From assembly GCF_001194135.2 (NCBI RefSeq), contig NC_068989.1, forward strand, positions 94,757,063-94,814,402: DNA of 57,340 nt. The letters are read 5' to 3'. The position numbers were made by a program, and so were the translations under genes. Source of the stretch: Octopus bimaculoides (taxonomy: Eukaryota). Positions 50,771 through 57,340 of this stretch are shown here, in pieces (the first letter of the stretch is position 1; each line of letters opens with the position of its first letter). The notes under the pieces are model-generated. The model was not told where the DNA came from and ran no database searches. It worked only from the letters and a program-made list of their open reading frames with translations.

Positions 50771-51858
50771 GACGGACAAAATGCTGCTAAGTATCTTTAC
50801 GTTCTGAGTTCCAATTCCTTCGAGATTGACTTTGCCTTTCGTCCTTTGTAATTAACCTATCCTTTTCCCTAAAATGTCAAACTTTATTCCCAAAGTATAA
50901 AGGAATGTTACTATTATTAAAATTACTAGTTGTTGCTGCTGTTTATCTTTGTTGCAGGTACGTCCCTTGGTAATTTCTGAAATAGTTTATTGTTCGTCTT
51001 CATTTGTAAACACATTCCTGATAAATTTGAAAAAAAGAAGTTATTTGCTTCTTGTTTTTTTTTTCTTCCAGATATTTTAAATCAAATATTAACTTTCGTT
51101 TCTTTAATTCAGTCACTCTGTAATGGGTCGATACCCTGTCACACTACTGATTCAGTTTATTTATCACAAACAGTGATGAAAGAGAAAATTTGGAGAAATT
51201 TGAGTTAAACGAGAAAAGTCTGTGAAAATTCTTTTTAAAAAAAAGGTTGAAGTGTACAACTAAACTGAGATGTTTTCCTGTTATCTCAGTGCAGCTTATA
51301 GCTGTGAGTTACTCCAGATATGGAACAACTGCATAGAACCAGACATGCTGTCTGGTTATTTAAACAACGTTCAAGATAAGAAGTTATAGATTTCATTTAC
51401 GCGACAGGAAATGTTTGTAGAATCTTATTTAGACTGCTGAATAATAAGTATTAGGTCGAGATAATTCTACGTCAGTATATAGAATTTTGTTGTAATTCAA
51501 GATTAGAATAAAACAGATAATCCTAGGAAACTGGTGATAGTTTGAGTCACATCATATAATCCATTGATGACTTCGATTCGCTTAATTTCTGTCGAGGCTG
51601 ACAAATCTATAATTTGGAGATTTGTGAAAGCTAATTGTATGAAAATTAAATGGAGACAGCGTGACAACATCAGTTTCTCTCGTCCTCAGACAAATAACAA
51701 GAAGCAATCCGAAACGTTCACCGTAATTCAAGACAACCACTTGGCAGCATTTTCAATGATGGGGTATTAATGCCAAATGGCCGCATTACAATGACTGAAA
51801 TAAGTAAAAGAGAGATCTTCATATCTATCAAGTGAACTCTCTATTTACTGAATAATAT

Positions 51859-51859
<1 letters not shown>

Positions 51860-51927
<68 letters not shown>

Positions 51928-51945
51928 GTAATAATAATAATAATA
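51860..51945. repeat. (TAA)n microsatellite
   Basis: Read directly. Confidence 0.95.
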
Positions 51946-52502
51946 TGGAACGCTTGACACAATTTCTTTCCAGATAAATTTTTATTTCAGAAGCGATTCA
52001 CATTATAAATTTTTAGAAGAAGGAACATCTTTTACCCTCAAAGACTTTATGTAGGCAATCAAAGGCAATTGATTATTTTCAGGAAATTGAAACCCTGATG
52101 CGAGCTCAGTTTGCCAAAATAAATCTATGAATTTAACATATAATGTTAATGAATTCTTTCTATTCAACGTAATACTAGATTTGTACTGGAAAAGTACAAG
52201 TAAAACTGAACTAAATCTATTACATTCGCCGGTACATATTTTAGCTTCACACTTAACAGTGCCGAATGACAACGCTGTTCAGAAATTAGATTAATGGGAT
52301 ACTGAACTCGATAGCATAAATCATCAGTTGTTCTGAAGCTTATTGCTCTTCTGTGTTTTTACAATGCAAAAGGGTTCAGTGTTTTCAATATAAAACGACA
52401 TGTTGTGATCTTTTATGTCTTCCATAAGGTTATTACTGATGTTAAAGAAATAAAATTACTTTAAGTAGAAATCGGAATAAGAGAGCCTCTATGAACTACA
52501 TC

Positions 52503-52760
52503 ACTCACCTGTCTAAGAAATATTCCACATCCTCTCAACAGACACACGCGCTATCTTATTTGCTGGAGTAGGTTATTCAGAAGTTCATAACTTTGCCGAG
52601 GGCGTTGGTCTGTTAGATACAAATTCAAACTTCGTTGAAAGGCCGTCCAAGCGACACGCCGCCCTCTTAGGTTACAACTCTTCATATCGTTTACGTAGCG
52701 ATTTCTTTCGTCTTCGCTTTGTAATCAGCGAAATTTCTGTTTTAACCATGGGTGGTGAGC
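52503..52760. promoter_or_regulatory. CpG-enriched patch flanked by divergent 5' splice sites; candidate (bidirectional) promoter/first exons
   Basis: About 15 CpGs in 52540-52735 against an AT-rich background. Minus-strand CAG|GTGAGT at 52508 and plus-strand GTG|GTGAGC at 52755. Confidence 0.3.
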
Positions 52761-52823
52761 CTGATAAATCAAGTAATATACAAGTTGTATTTTTTTTACT
52801 GTATTAAATATTTGTTTTTTCAG

Positions 52824-52916
52824 ATCAAAGCAAATAATATCTTAAGAAGGGAAATACCTCAAAGTTTCTGCAATATATTTTCAACAGAAGAACATAAATG
52901 TTAATATCTAGGATTG
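52824..52916 (+). other. Candidate 5'UTR/start-codon exon (ATG 52898: MLISRI + phase 1)
   Basis: Acceptor tatttgttttttcAG| and donor TTG|GTGAGT. All frames are closed upstream of the ATG, and a 69-nt intron candidate (52755-52823) precedes it. Confidence 0.35.
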
Positions 52917-53911
52917 GTGAGTATAAAATGTTCATATTTGGAGAAAACAATGTGTGTCGAATTCATCATTTCACAATAATTTAAGAATACATATCCTCCA
53001 ATTTAATTTATACAATAGTCTATTTTGTGTCACGTTAGGAAGGGAAATGTATATATGGTAATAGCTACGGTTGACTTAAAACTTTCAAAACATTGTGACA
53101 GAACTGATGACAAACAAATTTGGTTTTAGTGTCAGACTATTTAATAAGGAAACTAAATACTTCTGTTTTTCTTTTAAATTCCACATTCCTATGTTTCGGA
53201 CGTGCGTACCGGTATTAAAATATCTTAGATATTTCAAAATCACTTTTTATAGTAGTTGTTTTCAGTACCACCTTATTAAATCTCTGCTTTTGCGAATGTA
53301 AAATTTATAGAACGATGTGCGTAGGTAGATCAAGGAATACGGTTAGAGAGTTAATGCGATTAACAAAGAAATAGAAAGAAAAAAAAGAAAGAACGAAATG
53401 GATAGACTCAAGAAAAAAGAAATTAAAGAAACATGAAAGAAACTAAATTGAGAAGCAAAGAGAATATGTGCGAGAAAGAAATGAAATAAATTATAAGAAA
53501 GCTGGATAAAGAGACGTAATATCATAATAAAGCAGTAGAAACAAGTATATAAGGACAGTAAGTGAAGGAGAATGAAAGCATTGATCTCATGAGGGGTTAA
53601 GAGACGAATCAAAATTGTGATCGGTGTAATAAACAACTTGTAGAGGCATAGAAATAAATATTACCTATAAAGGGACAAAACGACAAATGTATAATGTTTA
53701 ATTTACTGGAATTAACAATTGCACGTCGTAAATTTTTATGTTCTAAATGATATAATGGAATTTTTATTACAAAGAAACCTATAATTTTTTTTCCCATCTT
53801 TTTATCGATTGAGTGTTCCAGCTTCATGTGTGGGTGTGTATATGTGCAAATGTTTACATGTATCTATACGTGCAAAATGAATATATTTTGTGTGGTGAAA
53901 AGTATACAGAG

Positions 53912-53964
<53 letters not shown>

Positions 53965-55062
53965 TAGATACAGAGATATAGAGAGAGAGATGTATTTTTG
54001 AGTATATGTGCGTACTCATATATCTGCATCGGATCGTTTATTTCTAAATCTCGCAATTTATCTTTCTCTAAAACCCCATTTCTAAATATACAAACAAACG
54101 CATATATATATATATATATACATACATATATGCACGCACGCACACATACATATGTATGTAGATACCATAAATATCGCCTTGTCATAAAAACTCATTTTGC
54201 ATTCCTTATCTTTAAGCTCAGAGGCATTGTCAGGAGGAATGAAGAATGGCGAGTTATCCTTCTATTGATTGCAAACAATATCCTCACAATGCATGCTCTG
54301 CCACAATATCAATTAATGTGCGTCTCTGTTTCCTTCCCTGTATGTACTTGGGTTTGTGTGCGCGAACACAGGATATTTTGTTTTAATTCCTTTTGTCTCT
54401 GGCTTTTATTTTTAACGAATAACAAGCAAACCAGTTGTCAACAGACACACACACATACCTGCTGTGAACAACTTTGAACTTCACTACTTCTAAAGGGTAT
54501 TTGCCGAAAAGAAAATTACAAGGACCCTAAAAAAATGTTTGCTTGAGTTGCAACGCAATAACAGTGGTATGAGATGAACAATGCAGCAATCAGATTAGCA
54601 TTATAACATTTTTATAGCTGCAAATCATACATCAACAAAATATATCTTTAACCTGCAGCTATGTTATCTTCTAACTCCTGTTGCTATAGTGACCTATACG
54701 CCTAGGAAATGGCTGGTACATTGCCACTCCTATCAAAGCATTACTGATTCACTCGTCTTTCCTCTTCCCGTCACTCATGTTATGTTACTCTACCACAAAT
54801 AAGTTTCTAACAGACACATGTATTGCATCTTCACCAGAACGTTAGAATGGTTTTTGTGTAAGAAAGAAGGTGGGGTTGTCTGTGTGTTTATGTGCAACCA
54901 TCAACTTGCATATATTCAGCAGCACGTACCTCACCGAAGTCACCGACAGGGCTTCCGAAGGACGTGAGCCTTAGTGCCTTACTATAGCAAATGGTTTAAA
55001 ATGTAGCTGCTCGGAAGAGACGGCCTAAAACTAAACAACAAAGATAATAATAACGATAGCAA

Positions 55063-55129
<67 letters not shown>

Positions 55130-55786
55130 GACAAATCACATAGAACTATTCATATACACATGCAAAAGGTGTGTTCGTATATTTTACGTGTTCCAGACCA
55201 CAAACTCTTCATTTTCGTATAGTATGAAAACATTCGAAACATTGAGTTCCAAATTCTGTACTATATATATTTTTTTAAATTTTATCTACGGAAAGTTATA
55301 ATTTTATTTTTGTTTCCTTTAAAATTTTTTTTGTTTCAATCATTCGACGTTTGTTGTTTGCTAAAAGTTTTTAATACGTTCAATGTTTACTTATTGATGT
55401 GTATATCAATAAATATCAATAATAAAAGAATGAGTGCTGTGTATCGTAAAAAAGCTTGAGAAAAATCAGTGAGGAAAGCCGTCATCTGATTATATTGAGA
55501 AGATTTAAATTCCTAAATGTATAGAAACTAAACGAATTTCGAATATCAGGTACACTACATCAAAGATATATTTTCTATGGGTTTTTTCCTCTCAATGTAG
55601 TGTGCTCTTCGTCTCGGAAAAATATTTCTTGTTAAATAATACGATTGAAGTTATTTTTATCAATTTTTGTTTGATATTTCTATAAACTAAAGGAAATAAA
55701 CATAATTGACCGTGTGTCAACGTAATTTAAATGTTTTGGTTTATTGATTCACACTACGGTAGATTGCAACCTATTCTGTAATGTAG

Positions 55787-55858
55787 CTTACCTCGTCTGT
55801 GTTGCAACAACAACAGCAACAATACTTTGGCTGCTGCAGAATTTCAAGAAGCGTCGGG
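55787..55858 (+). CDS. Candidate coding exon (72 nt), possible signal-anchor segment
   Basis: tgtAG| ... GGG|GTAAGT. In phase 1 after the 52898 ATG it gives A-YLVCVATTTATILWLLQNFKKRR. All three frames are open and the acceptor is weak. Confidence 0.2.
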
Positions 55859-57298
55859 GTAAGTGAAACTGGGTCGCTATTATTTCATTTAGTTTTGATG
55901 AAATACTTGTGGCACTCGGGGAAATGAAAAGTAACATTGTGTTTTGAAGTTTTAGGCAAAGAATGGAAAAAGTATATAATTTTCGCAACCTCCAAAACGA
56001 TGAGAGTGTGAAAGAAAGTTATGTTTAAAATGAAGACCTGCACTGAACTAATAATAGGGTCTCGAACTGCAGAAAAGAGTGATTGAGTATTTTGTAAGAA
56101 TATGGCATATAATAGCTTGAATAATAACAATATTAATAATGATGGTGGTGCTGGTAGTGGTGACGATATCAAGATACCCTTTCATCACTGCGTATTCTGT
56201 GTTAAGATTTCTTTGTGAGTGTGATATATCAAATACGATTCAATAATTAAAAGTACACAAGCAAAACATGAATATAAGTAAATTAATGTTACGCTGTAAA
56301 GGAGAAAGAGCGGTGAGTTCGACGTTTTGGACAATTGTCCTATTTGTGGAAAAGCAAAGATCAGCAGGAGTGGAAGTTTACTAGGAAAAGTTGTTGCAGC
56401 ATCAGGATAAATATTTGGCACCCGATTTAACACCATGTATTAATGTTAAACTGGATAGGATAACAGATTAAGGATATCAAACGAATTAAGAGTATGACTC
56501 AAATACTGGATTGAATATCGTTGATTACTTAAATCCCTTTTCAATCTCAAATCTAGTCAATGTTGAAGAAGCCATTCATATTTCCTGGTTGAACGAAACA
56601 AAATCCCGGTTATTTAATAGGGTTCTCTCGTTCAGGATTTCTGGCCTAGTGTCTACGATTAAAAATAAAATTATCATTTGGAGACCTTCGTCTATGATTT
56701 TCATTCCAATACTTTCCCAAATGACTTTCATTTTACATTTCTACATCTCACGGTTGATAAAATAACCACAAGTTACATAGTAGCGTCTGGTAAATAGATT
56801 TACCATACCTTGTTTCATGAATTTTTAGTAAGCAATCGTCAGTAGATATAATATTACGGATATATAACTAGATAAAAGTCTTCGGGTTTAAATGCAATTG
56901 AATCAATACACACACTACAGTAGCCTAGCATTAATCATTAAATAACATTAAGTTGATAAAATTGATATTTAAATACCTTTGTGAAAGGCAATAACCTTCT
57001 TTGTTTCCTATCCCAACATTTTGCAGTATTGATCATTATCAAACAAAATAAATAATAGGATCGAGAATAGATTGAAATACTCGCCTAAAATAAATACGAA
57101 AGTAACAATGGCAAAAGACAATAACAACACAAGAAACGCATCCTACATACGCGTATGTGCATACACACACGCACTTCAAATCACACACATACATACATGT
57201 GTATGTATGGATATATATATATACATACACACACATATATGTATGTATGATCTATGTATGTATATGTATATACATATGTATATACGTATATATATATG

Positions 57299-57340
<42 letters not shown>

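Noticed and set aside
55792-55833. Minus-strand mini-exon encoding QPKYCCCCCCNTDE (six Cys)
   Set aside because: The Cys run is simply the reverse of a short (CAA)n tract, and other frames are equally open.

Overview
AT-rich, repeat-saturated eukaryotic DNA from a short-read draft assembly, with 18 N-gaps, almost all abutting microsatellites. The repeat families point to a coleoid cephalopod, probably Octopus; this is inferred from recalled SINE/LINE families, not a search. I cannot recognise any host protein-coding gene. Nearly all listed ORFs are microsatellite or gap artefacts. Supported coding remnants are all dead transposons: four R4/Dong-like RLE LINE pieces from two lineages, one RTE LINE, two CR1 pieces, a Tigger/pogo transposase, a hAT-like transposase, a mariner-derived MITE and a Helitron/HINE-like repeat. 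There are also many copies of three tRNA-derived SINE families. The most interesting signals are three. (i) Several degenerate minimal hammerhead-ribozyme-like motifs of the Penelope-like-element type, two of them in the arms of a 244-bp inverted repeat at 15794-16037. (ii) R4/Dong insertions at (TAA)n microsatellites, and SINEs/LINEs that carry their own microsatellites. (iii) A CpG-rich patch at ~52.5-52.76 kb flanked by outward-facing 5' splice sites, a candidate divergent promoter, with low-confidence exon candidates on both strands. All exon calls are speculative, because splice-like motifs arise often by chance in this base composition. I did not find a demonstrably new system, only testable leads.
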